Assembly: GCF_001194135.2 (NCBI RefSeq)
Contig: NC_069003.1
Location: 32,943,327-33,007,326, forward strand
Length of the DNA: 64,000 nucleotides
Direction of reading: 5' to 3'
DNA from: Octopus bimaculoides
Taxonomy: Eukaryota
This document shows, piece after piece, positions 13,157 through 24,431 of the stretch. Positions within the stretch are counted from its first letter, which is position 1; the number at the start of each line of letters is the position of its first letter. Made by a program: the position numbers and the translations under genes. The notes beneath the pieces were generated by a model that ran no database searches, had not been told where the DNA came from, and was given only the letters and a program-made list of their open reading frames with translations.

Positions 13157-14009
13157 GATGATTTGACTAAATCCTGACTGTCAGTATGTATATTTACCAT
13201 ATGAATTTATGGCTGATTCAGCAAAATGCTATTGTGAAAATTTAAAATAACAAAAGGCAGCCATATGTAATATAAAGCCGAAAAGGAAAAGTTCAATTGT
13301 CACTAATCTTGACTGAGGGTACCATGTAGCACCTATATATAAAACTATATACATTCTCTTAAATGTTGACTAGACCTAGACTAAGAATGTTAGTTAGAAG
13401 TGAATATGTATCCATATATGAATAGATATACAGGGGTGTATCTATTTATATAGACATCCCCACATATATATTTGTAGCACCATTGGGAAAAAGTACTACA
13501 TTTTAACATGAAATAGCTAAAAATTGTTTTTTTTTCTTCCATTTCTGACCAGGGAAAGAGATCCACATGATATAAAACATAAAAATTAGGTTGATCTGTT
13601 TTTCTGAAACTTAAACGCTGCAACTAGGTCGATATCTGAAACTAGGTTAATTTTCTCTTTTGTTTTCTTCCTTGGCCACCGATAAAAAACATGTTTTATC
13701 CATTGTATGTACTTTTAACAGCAGGGAAAAAAAAATGCATTTATTGAAAAACACAGCTTCATCATATATGTGTGTGTGTCTGCATGTGTGTGTGTGTGTG
13801 GATGCTTTTAATTTTTAATTTTTTGTAAAGCCAAAACAATAGAATTTATAAATAATAAAATAGTATAAGCCAATGGTTTGCTTTTTTTACCATCTATTTC
13901 AGTATTTCACAGTTAGGATCCCTTCTTCAGGAATTCTTTGAAGTAATGGTGCTGTGAACTGACTCCTTGTGTACATGTGTGTGTATATATATGTGTATAT
14001 ACATATATA

Positions 14010-14062
<53 letters not shown>

Positions 14063-14933
14063 NNNNNNNNNNNNNNNNNNNNNNNNNNNNNNNNNNNNNN
14101 NNNNNNNNNNNNNNNNNNNNNNNNNNNNNNNNNNNNNNNNNNNNNNNNNNNNNNNNNNNNNNNNNNNNNNNNNNNNNNNNNNNNNNNNNNNNNNNNNNNN
14201 NNNNNNNNNNNNNNNNNNNNNNNNNNNNNNNNNNNNNNNNNNNNNNNNNNNNNNNNNNNNNNNNNNNNNNNNNNNNNNNNNNNNNNNNNNNNNNNNNNNN
14301 NNNNNNNNNNNNNNNNNNNNNNNNNNNNNNNNNNNNNNNNNNNNNNNNNNNNNNNNNNNNNNNNNNNNNNNNNNNNNNNNNNNNNNNNNNNNNNNNNNNN
14401 NNNNNNNNNNNNNNNNNNNNNNNNNNNNNNNNNNNNNNNNNNNNNNNNNNNNNNNNNNNNNNNNNNNNNNNNNNNNNNNNNNNNNNNNNNNNNNNNNNNN
14501 NNNNNNNNNNNNNNNNNNNNNNNNNNNNNNNNNNNNNNNNNNNNNNNNNNNNNNNNNNNNNNNNNNNNNNNNNNNNNNNNNNNNNNNNNNNNNNNNNNNN
14601 NNNNNNNNNNNNNNNNNNNNNNNNNNNNNNNNNNNNNNNNNNNNNNNNNNNNNNNNNNNNNNNNNNNNNNNNNNNNNNNNNNNNNNNNNNNNNNNNNNNN
14701 NNNNNNNNNNNNNNNNNNNNNNNNNNNNNNNNNNNNNNNNNNNNNNNNNNNNNNNNNNNNNNNNNNNNNNNNNNNNNNNNNNNNNNNNNNNNNNNNNNNN
14801 NNNNNCAGTTCTTGAAAAGACATGTCAAACTAATTAAAAGCATAGTTGTCCTTGCATACAGGCTGTTCTGTGCATCCCTCTCCATCTGAGCATTCCTAAC
14901 CTTGTAGGCTCGTAGGTGCTTATCATATATATC

Positions 14934-14994
<61 letters not shown>

Positions 14995-15824
14995 TTGTCC
15001 CCCTCCACCACTTGACAACATCAGTTGTCAAGTGGTGGTGGCAAAAAGAGATCAGTAGAATAAGAACCAGGCTTAACAAACAAACCAAGTACTGGGATCG
15101 ATTTATTTGACTAAAAATTCTTCAAAGCAGTGCTCCAGCATGACCTCAATCAAGATAAAAGATAAATGATATAAGATATATATGACAGGCTTCTTCACAT
15201 TTTCACTCACAAGTTATTGGTTATCGATCAACACAATGCCATGATAAAAGACACTTGCCTAAGACGTCACATGTTGCCACTGAATTCACAACATCGTGGC
15301 TGGAATGTAATCTTAACTACACAGTTATGTCTATGTCTTACGATAACAAATCTAAATGATTAGTTATCTCAAGAAGTTAAATTTATGGTCTGGAGCAAGT
15401 CAGGAGATCATGATGTTCCTGATTAGGCGAGAAGCTTCTGCTGATGTCCATGTGTTTCACTTAGGGATCCTCTATGCCAGTGCTACTCATATATATATGT
15501 GTATGTATGTATGTACATATATATATATATAAATAAGTATGTATGTATGCATGCACCCATGTGTGTGTTATGTATGTATATATGTACATATGTATTTATG
15601 TGTGTTTAACATAGTTATTTTCATGTGAGGCCAAAAAGAGTGTTACTACATGGTCGTTTGGCCTGCTAGAAATAACCATCAATTCTCCCTCAAATTACGT
15701 TTTACAGTCTATAGAACACTGGATGATGTAGTCTAGATTAATGCTACTCAAAGTGGTGGTCCGTGAGCCATCAGCTGCTGGTACATGGCGAGTTTCCAGA
15801 AAAGAAAGAAACGTTATAGTTTGA

Positions 15825-16931
15825 AGTTTCGTGATATCTCGCGCAACCAAATCCAAAACGGAGATGTTACAACCATTTTATAAGTGGAACATTTGAAAAG
15901 TTCGAATTGGAAAGCATGAAACCTTAACTAATGAAGGAAATCCACAAATAAAGATATATTTATCCACCAATGCAGTGTTGAGTAGTTGTTCTTACTGTTC
16001 GTCTCTACTGTATGTATATAAAGATATTCTTTTCTGGAATAGTATATCTCGAAGCACACACACAAAGCTATAAATAGAATGATGTGGGTTCGAATCTCAT
16101 TCGAGGGGTCTTGTCTTGCAAATTACTTACTGACCTCAACCAGTGCTAGTGTCGTGTAAACACCACCCTGCACACTACGTAATTTAGTTGGCATTAGAAA
16201 GAACGTCCAGCTGTAGAAACCATGCCAAAGCAGACGGCAGGGCTTTGCGCAATCTTTTGACTTGTCAGTTCCTGTCGGACCGTCCAACCCATACCACCAT
16301 GGAAAGCAGGCGTTAAACGGTGATGACGACGACGACGATGGTATATTTGTGGAGTACTCTCAACGTTGTTATTCGTATGGCTGAAAATCCTAGCGCCTCT
16401 ATTCGGGAGCCAACTATAATTATCTTCTATCATGTTCCTATTAAAAATACTTCAATTTGCGCAGAGCATGCATACACATTTATTATACAATTACGTGTCC
16501 CTCAAATTGCGGGCAGCAAGTGTAAACACGCACAGACATGTGCCGTCGTTTTCAAGATTAATAGTAATGTAAGGAAAGCAACAACTGCCAGTCTCCGGAA
16601 TAATTACCTCCCTTTTACCAATCCTATTTTATTTTGTATTTCGTATCACCAAATTTAGTTTCGTGATATCTCGCGCAACCAAATCCAAAACGGAGATGTT
16701 ACAACCATTTTATAAGTGGAACATTTGAAAAGTTCGAATTGAAAAGCACGAAACCTAAACTAATGAAGGAAATCCACAAATAAAGATATATTTATCCACC
16801 AATGCGGTGTTGAGTACTCGTTCTTACTGTTCGTCTCTACTGTATGTATATAAAGATATTCTTTTCTGGAATAGTATATCTCGAAGCACACACACAAAGC
16901 TATAAATAGAATGATGTGGGTTCGAATCTCA
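15825..16931 (+). repeat. ~275-bp direct repeat (15825-16099 and 16657-16931)
   Basis: Copies are directly alignable, with about six substitutions. Confidence 0.92.
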
Positions 16932-18664
16932 ATGGCAGCCTTTGATTTTTTTCTAACCAAAAGGGTTAGACCAGACGTTTTAATTAACTTTTTTTTAACT
17001 AAACACTTTGAAACTTTGGATACTGGCAGAATGTGTCACATAGAACAGCGTTTGCTCTTAACTTTTTGACAAAATTTTGTATCTCAGAAGTTAATTCGTG
17101 TTAAAGTTGTCGTATTTGGGTAATTTTAACCAATCAATGACGTGTATTCAGCTGAATAAAATTACTGCTGATGTTTGCAAACAATAACTTCCGGGTCCAT
17201 TATATATATACATATATATACACACACATAAGATTGAGAAAAGAACCTATTTAGAAAGTCGAAAGACACCAACCTTTGGGAAGAAATTTCACAAAATGTG
17301 TGTAGGCTTTGCTTTTATAAATAATGTGTAAGTGCTTTCTGTTCTTATCTCAATCTTAACTCTTTGAGAAAAAAATCTTCTCTCCAAATATTATAACTGT
17401 ATCAAGGAATTTCCAAAATACTCTAAATATATATATATATATATACACATATATATATATGATGGGTTCTCTCATCATGAACAACAAATGTGAGTTCAGT
17501 AAAATAAAATGGTAATCATGTTCTATGGACACGAATGTGTCCCTAGAGGCCTGCTGGTGCCTTACAAACCTTTCAGCAAAGGGAACGAGTTGAGGACTCA
17601 GTTTGCTCAAGTGATTGGGGATCATTTACTATGTGTTTTCTTGAGTGGACGGCAAGGCCCGCATTGTTGGAGTCGACTTTGTTCAAATCTTTGAACTGAA
17701 GAGAAGCAGTACTGGTCCAAGATCCTGCGTTCTGATTCTTTGTTTTCTCAGGAAGAAAAGGGAATGTGGTCAGGTAGGTGCAGACATAAGGTGCTGCAGA
17801 TGTGGCTTTGTAGTTAGAAACTTTATTCCCAACCCTGCGGTTCCAAGTTCAATTCCACTGTCTTTCTACTACATTCCAAGACTGACCAGAGCCTTGTGAG
17901 TAGATTTGAGACAGGAACTGAAAGAAGCCTATTGTGTGTGTGTCTGTGTGTGTGCACATGTGCTCTTGTGTTTCCTTGCCTTGACATTGCATGAAAGTGT
18001 TGTAAACGATTGTCCCCATCATACAAGCAGTGTCATTCACTTCCAGTCTATTGCAAAAACACGTGTCTGACCTCGCTTAGAAACAGATGAGGGTTGATAA
18101 TAGGAGGGGCATCCAGGCATGAAAAAACTTGCCGTGAGGGAACTCTGTCTAATCCTTGCCAGCAAGGAAAACAGACATTAAAGAATGATGATGATGATGA
18201 TGACGACAACCTCTGTCTGACCCATGCAAGCATGGAAAAGAGGATGTTAAATGATGACGACAATGATGATTGCAGTGTTTCACTTTCAAAACAAGTTTGA
18301 AATAAAGTCGAATAATTATAAATTAATTATAAATAAACCTGTAGAAAATTTCTTTTTTTTATATACATATTGACTTTAATTCATAATTTAAGGGGGAAAA
18401 AAGCAAAAAAAAAAAAAAAACAAAGAAAATATTGTAGAAGTTGTTGAAGACGTCTTCATAAACTCTAAAACAAACAGTTGTGGATAAGCCTTACCTTTCC
18501 AAAGAGAAAATAACTGACATATGCCTTAAATTAATGTTAGATGATTAATTATTTTATTAACACTGATGGAATGAATTTTCAAACTGTCAACATCATGTGT
18601 TACAAAAAAAAAAGAAATTATGTGGTCAACAGCTCAGAAAGCCATGCCATACTTGAAAAGATAA

Positions 18665-18744
18665 AATGTTTGAATTTAAAAACATTACCACTCATTCCCC
18701 CTCTCAGCGGGGAATGAGTGGTAATGTTTTTAAATTCAAACATT
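18665..18744. other. Perfect 36-bp inverted repeat with 8-nt loop, just downstream of the ankyrin-gene stop codon
   Basis: 18665-18700 is the exact reverse complement of 18709-18744. Confidence 0.95.
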
Positions 18745-18889
18745 CTTATTGTTAAAAGAATGTGGCAAATTTATATCTATATACACACTTTTCTTGTGTA
18801 TATTATAACTTAGTGTTGTGAGAAGGTTCCATTGCACAGCTTTTTTTTGTTTTTTAATAATTTTTTTTTTTTCATTAGTATTTTTATTT

Positions 18890-19330
18890 TTATCTTATTT
18901 CACCTTCGTTCAGAGACATTTTGTCGTTCATTAAGTCAGTTGCATTGCTTTCACTGTTTTTTTCGTAATCACCATGTTTGATGTCGTTAATTTGACAGTT
19001 GTTGAAAATTTCTTCTTTTTTTGAACAGTTTATGTAGTCTTCTTCGTTATCACTTACTCCAGTCTGTTCTTCCTCGACCAACGGAGCAGATCTGGAGCTA
19101 ACGGAACTCACAGAGAGTAAAACTTTATCGGATTCAGTAGGTGAGATCATTGCACCTGTTTGGTGAGAGTTTCCAATCGGAACTGCAGCAGATCCGTTAG
19201 CATTTTGGCTTTTTTGCAATGCTTTATCAGCTTCATCTAAAATACTCAGTTCTTTAAACATTTTTTCTGCATTCCGAAGAGCATTTTTCAATTCTTTGTC
19301 TTTAGTACGTTCACTAGCCAGCTCTCCTCT
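18890..19330 (-). CDS. Ankyrin-repeat protein, coding exon 7 / probable last exon (RGELASERTKDKELKNALRNAEK...SLNEGEIR*), acidic low-complexity tail
   Basis: ttgtattacag| acceptor at 19331, in frame with exon 6. 441 nt to the TAA stop, with AATAAA immediately downstream. Total ORF 360 aa. Confidence 0.85.
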   Translation of the reverse strand, partial: RGELASERTKDKELKNALRNAEKMFKELSILDEADKALQKSQNANGSAAVPIGNSHQTGAMISPTESDKVLLSVSSVSSRSAPLVEEEQTGVSDNEEDYINCSKKEEIFNNCQINDIKHGDYEKNSESNATDLMNDKMSLNEGEIR

Positions 19331-19546
19331 CTGTAATACAAGCAAAGATACAGCAGGTTTAACTATATATTTATAAGAGAGTATTGTAGTTCGCTTGAAG
19401 CATTGTGTATTGTTTGTAAAGAATAAAAAGTTTTCAATGGTACAACAATGCACTATAATATAAAAAATGGACTATATATCTGTTGTAATTTAGTTATCTA
19501 TAGTCCGATGATATTTCGGAATACAATTCCTTACTCCATCTAAGAA

Positions 19547-19581
19547 GATCTGAAGAAGGAATTGTATTCCGAAATATCATC
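19547..19581 (+). ncRNA. Minimal hammerhead motif (dimer type, palindromic AUAU stem III) within an inverted repeat
   Basis: GAU-CUGAAGA-A-GGAA(UUGUA)UUCC-GAAA-UAUC-AUC. Positions 19556-19581 are the exact reverse complement of 19507-19532. Confidence 0.55.
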
Positions 19582-20338
19582 AGAATGTGACAAGGAAGGC
19601 CCTTTGAATTACAGGTACAATTCATTTTTGCCAGCTGGGTGGACTGGAGCGATAGGAAATAAAGTGTCAGGAATTGAACTCATGATCTTACGATCATGAG
19701 TTGAATACTCTAACCACTAAGCCATGCACCTTCATGTGTTATATATGCAATTATTAAATCATATATTATGCACTTTATTGTGATTTGTTATGTGTGGGAT
19801 GCCTAGGTCTGGAAAAAATTGTCCTGCATGAAAGTGGAAAGGGTAGGGGACTGCTGCTCTAAAGATAAGACAACAGAATTGTCTAACCCATGCCAGCATG
19901 GAAAGTGGACGTTAAACGATGAGAATGATGATGATGAATTATAACAATAGTAAAACATAATGAAAGCCTGATGAAAGCTTCATAACACAGACATGTCACA
20001 ATGGAAGTTGCATGTCAAACAGCATAGTAACTAGAGACATCTCCAACTATAATTATTTCTATATAGTGATAATCTAACAAATTGGATTGTTAAATCAATA
20101 TTTTGGATTGGTTCCAGTTTGCATTGATATCGAGTCTCGTTGCCATGGTGAACATTTATTTTCTTGATGATTTTGAGAATCATCATCATCATCATCACAC
20201 TTTTTAAAGAAAAATGGTAACACAATGAAGAACACAACTGGCTGGTAACATCCTGCCACAAAGAAAAGTACAGAAAAACAAGATGTAAAATAAATATGGA
20301 ATTAGAAATGAGGTTTGTTGGCATTTTTCTCAACTCAC

Positions 20339-20437
20339 TTCTCCTTTAACAGTAGGATCACATCCGGCTTCTAACAACAAATATACAACTTCCTTTTGGT
20401 CTCGATCGGTTGCCCAGTGTAAAGCAGTCCAGCCATT
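20339..20437 (-). CDS. Ankyrin-repeat protein, coding exon 6 (NGWTALHWATDRDQKEVVYLLLEAGCDPTVKGE)
   Basis: tttttaattcag| acceptor, |gtgagt donor, 99 nt, ankyrin consensus. Confidence 0.93.
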
Positions 20438-20614
20438 CTGAATTAAAAAGGGAAGAGATTAGTTTAAGACAAATCATAATCAGAAAAAGATTCTACAAAA
20501 CAGATTTCATATAAAAGTACAAAAAAAAAAAATTCTATATTGTTATACTTAGGGTAAGGCCATATTTTGCCAATTAAACACATACACTATATATTTACTC
20601 TTTACTTCAGCTTT

Positions 20615-20860
20615 ATTACCTCAACCTTAGCGAAGACGGAGGTATTGTTTTTCAGTTTTGCTCGTTTGTTTGTTTGTTTGTCCATGGACAAGATATTTCA
20701 AGAACCGCTGGATGAATTCGGATGAAACTTTCAGGGATGTTTGGCCTCATGACTGGCACGAACAGATTAGATTTTGGGATCGATTCGATCCTGGACAAGA
20801 ATTCTGCATTATTTTTCCGTTTTTTTTACTTAATTTTTGAGTGGTCTTTGTGTTTAATCA
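20615..20860. mobile_element. Helitron/Helentron-type non-autonomous element (HINE-like) in ankyrin-gene intron
   Basis: TTATTACCTC...GGAGGTA sub-terminal inverted motif, (GTTT)n microsatellite, and a CCGCTGGATGAATTCGGATGAAACTT core typical of such elements. Confidence 0.6.
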
Positions 20861-20920
20861 GAGTTGACCAGAGGTCACATAACAACAACAACAACAACAC
20901 CTAAACTAGAAATTACTTAC

Positions 20921-21019
20921 AGTCCCAAAGGCATGGATATCACATTCGGCATTAATCAAGGCTTGAGCAACGCATGGATGTCCATGGTAAGCAGCAAACA
21001 TCAAAGGAGTAAAATCAGC
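20921..21019 (-). CDS. Ankyrin-repeat protein, coding exon 5 (ADFTPLMFAAYHGHPCVAQALINAECDIHAFGT)
   Basis: ccccaaatttag| acceptor, |gtaagt donor, 99 nt, TPL-AA ankyrin motif. Confidence 0.93.
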
Positions 21020-21244
21020 CTAAATTTGGGGAAAAAAACAGGAAATTAATTAGAGACCAATTCTCTGTAAATGGAACTAAACATTTTTTCTAAAATTCAA
21101 TCTAAAATTAAATTTAAATTCATTAATAACTCTGATAACATTGCAAATCCCCCCCCCCCCNNNNNNNNNNNNNNNNNNNNNNNNNNNNNNNNNNACATCA
21201 ATCTGTCTTCTCTGCCCACTATTCCTAAGAGGGTTATGGGATTA

Positions 21245-21410
21245 GAGTCCTAAGGCCCTTCTGCCATAGGGTCCTATCAGAAGCAACCGCCATTACATTT
21301 TCCAGCTGGATTTCCAAGTGTGACCAATTTAGTCCATAGACATTGTCCAACCATCTTGGTCTTGGTTTATTCCTACAGCACAGCTTGAAGAATCCCTCTT
21401 GCGATTCTTT
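21245..21410 (-). mobile_element. LINE (probably RTE) extreme C-terminal remnant
   Basis: Frame reads KPRPRWLDNV...LENVMAVASDRTLWQK, similar to the GRPxxRW.D...A.DR..WR LINE tail. Confidence 0.55.
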
Positions 21411-23956
21411 CCTGCAAACATTTTGACCACATACCTATAGCACTGGAGCTGTGACCTCTCAATGCAGAGAAATAGCAGCAAATAACAATCAAATAGAAAA
21501 TGATTGTTATTTAAATCTATCAAATCATTAATAATTATAATTAGCAACTGGTAATTATAATTCAATGATTTTAAAATTCACCATGCTGGTGCCATGTAAA
21601 AAGCACCTGTGCTGGTGTTACATTAAAAGCACCCAGTACACTCTGTTAAGAGGGTGGTTTGGCATTAAGAAGGGCATCTGGACATAGAAAACATGCCAAA
21701 ACAGAGGACTGGAACCTTGCTAGCTCTTGTCAAACCGTTTAACCCATGTCAGCATGAAAATGGGCATTAAATGATGATGATGACGATGATGATGACGATG
21801 ACGATGATGATGATGATGAAAATTAATAAATATCATAAATTGTCTATCAGATTATTTTTTTCGTGTGTCTTGTATAGTGTACAAAATGCTAAGTATAACT
21901 CCATTTTTGCATATGCATAGTCAAATGATTCTAAAGGGTTGTAGATGTTTGGCCAGTGCATGAATTTCATACAGTTGGCAACTTCCATTTTTATACATAA
22001 CTCATAAACCAAGCAGAATCTTCCACTAATGTCTTTTATCTTTTATTTGTTTCAATTGTTGGAATGTGGCCATACTGGGGCACCACCTTGAGAGGTTTTA
22101 GTTGAACAATTCAATACCAGTATTTATTTTTTAAAGTGCAGTACTTATTCAAACTCAGAACATAAAGACAGACAAAATGTCACTAAGCCATTTTGCCCAG
22201 CTATCTATTCTGCCAGCTCACCATCTTGCATATATAATCATGGCCAAAAGTTTGGAACATTTTTATAAAAACTAAAATTGTTATGGCCACATACAATTCG
22301 ATTCAAATATATACAACGTATGTATATATTTGGGTATTTAATATAAAAATTCTAATTTTCAGACCTATGTTGCAGACTTTAGGCCATGACTGTACACATC
22401 ATTACTATAGCAGCTGTGACTCTTATAAATGCTTTTCACTCTCTCTATGCATCTCTGTCTGTCATAAATTTTTTGTTTTCTTTTTCACTTCCAACTCTTT
22501 ACTTTGTTTTCTTTTCAACTCCTCTTTTATTTATTTATTTTTTTTTTTGTAACTGTCTATTCCCATTCTCCCTCATTTTCACACATCTTTATAAAGAGAT
22601 GGAAATCATTTCTTTCTGTGTTACTAAAATAAGCAACAAATTCTTCTGTTTTGAAAGTCCCGAGACCTAGAAATATACTAGAAGTTATTTTAGGCAAAGG
22701 GTTTGTGTTTAAGATTATGTTAGTATGTTAGTTGAAACCTGCTTTTTTGCTAATATCCTGACAGACACAAACAGAAATACAGATTCTGATTGTTAATAGT
22801 ATATAGATAATTAGAAAGTGTAATACTTTTGCTGTACGTTTTAAAACTCTACATGAAATATGAAATTGCCACATTAAGACACACACACACAAGCATATAA
22901 TACATTAATCAAGGGAAACAACCCCAATAATATTGACATTATTTTTTTTTTTTGCTTGACATGAAATATATAAATGTACAATGGCATTTATTACAAGAGG
23001 GATAAGTTTTCTGAGATAATCATCACCCAACATATTTGATATTATAGAGATATAAAGATTTCAGGAAAAAACAAAAAAAAAATGCCTTCCATCCTATGAT
23101 GTATGAAGAACAAAAATTTCCCAAAATGGAGTTTATTAATTTGTTGCAATGAAGAGAAGAGATCTTGCACTTTCAACAGGGTCTTTCACCTGATGAAAAG
23201 ATCTTCTCCAGTGAAGGGCCCAGTCTGAACTGTCAGATCTCTCCTCTTCCACACAGCAAACTAACTTATTCTCCGCTTTGTGAACTTTTTGTACTTACTG
23301 TTCGCTGGCACAGGCCAATTGTTAGTTGCCATGGAGTCTGCCATTTCACTTATATGTATGAAGAAAACAACCAATTATTAGAGTAAATTCATTTGAACAT
23401 TTTTGTACATATTAATCATATCGTTAATATGTAAATGAGAGAAAAGATTTAATTATGAATGCTTAGTTCTACAGATTAGTACCAGTCAATACCAGTCAAT
23501 ACAAGTCAATCAACAGACTTTGCAGCATTAGTTTGATTCATTTGAGTAACGTATTAGGGCAAAGCACTGAGACTATAAAACAACACAGTTGTATATTAAA
23601 CAATATTAAAATCTTGCTAGAAATATCACTTAACTCTTAGACAGTGACAAAATAATGTCTATTGTTATTATTTCACAATTAAAAAAATTATAAGCCATGC
23701 TAATTAATCACAACAATAGTTTAATAATATTTTTAGTAATCAGCTGACTCCATCTCTGCCTATAGGATGTAAAACTCTTAAAATAAATTTAATAATTTAC
23801 AAAAAAAAATGTTTAAAAAGAAAAAAAGGACAGCTTATTAAACATAAGCATAGCTCAAAAAGCACTTTTCTACCTGCTGACATTGTCCAGAGGCAAAGCA
23901 TGCGTCTAGGTTGGCAGCAGACCAAGAAACCGTGCTTCTCTTACCAATTTGCTTAC

Positions 23957-24085
23957 CTCCCCTTCATCGCTGCTCTTCGCATTAACATCAGAGCCTTTTG
24001 CGATAAAGAGGTTGGCAATTTTGCCAAGCTTACTTTCGTCATCTTCAGGACTCCGACAAGTCTCGTGTAAAGCAGACCTTTCATC
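23957..24085 (-). CDS. Ankyrin-repeat protein, coding exon 4 (DERSALHETCRSPEDDESKLGKIANLFIAKGSDVNAKSSDEGE)
   Basis: cttttgtag| acceptor, |gtaagc donor, 129 nt, ankyrin repeat with an inter-helix insertion. Confidence 0.92.
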
Positions 24086-24149
24086 CTACAAAAGAAAAGG
24101 AAAGAAAATGAACTGAAGTTAAAATATGTACTTTTCAATAAAGAAAAAA

Positions 24150-24184
24150 AAGTAGAAGTAGTAATGGCGGTGGTGGTGGTGGTT

Positions 24185-24218
<34 letters not shown>

Positions 24219-24431
24219 GGCAGTGGAGGCTTAGTAGTAGTGGTAGTAGTAGTGGTGATGGTGGTGGTTTAGTAGTAGTAGTGGTAGTAGTGGTGGTGGT
24301 GGTGGTTTAGTAGTAGTAGTGGTAGTGGTGTAGTAGTAGTAGTAGTTGTGGTGGTGGTGGTGGTGGTTTAGTAGTAGTAGTGGTGGTGGTGGCAGTGGAG
24401 GTTTAGTGGTAGTGGTGTAGTAGTAGTGGTG
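24150..24431. repeat. Compound (GTA)n/(GTG)n trinucleotide repeat running into an assembly gap (24432-25020)
   Basis: Directly visible. Confidence 0.95.

Noticed and set aside
540-15011. Numerous long ORFs in the track (IYIYIY/CVCVCV/THTHTH and poly-X)
   Set aside because: They are translations of (TA)n/(CA)n microsatellites and N gaps, with no coding signal.
15825-16931. LTR pair / TRIM or tRNA-gene interpretation of the direct repeat
   Set aside because: There is no TG 5' end, TSD, primer-binding site or polypurine tract. The GGTTCGAATC B-box has no A-box or cloverleaf upstream.
21836-22040. ~68-codon open frame on the minus strand (MEVANCMKFMHW...)
   Set aside because: It has no splice signals or homology, and this length is expected by chance.
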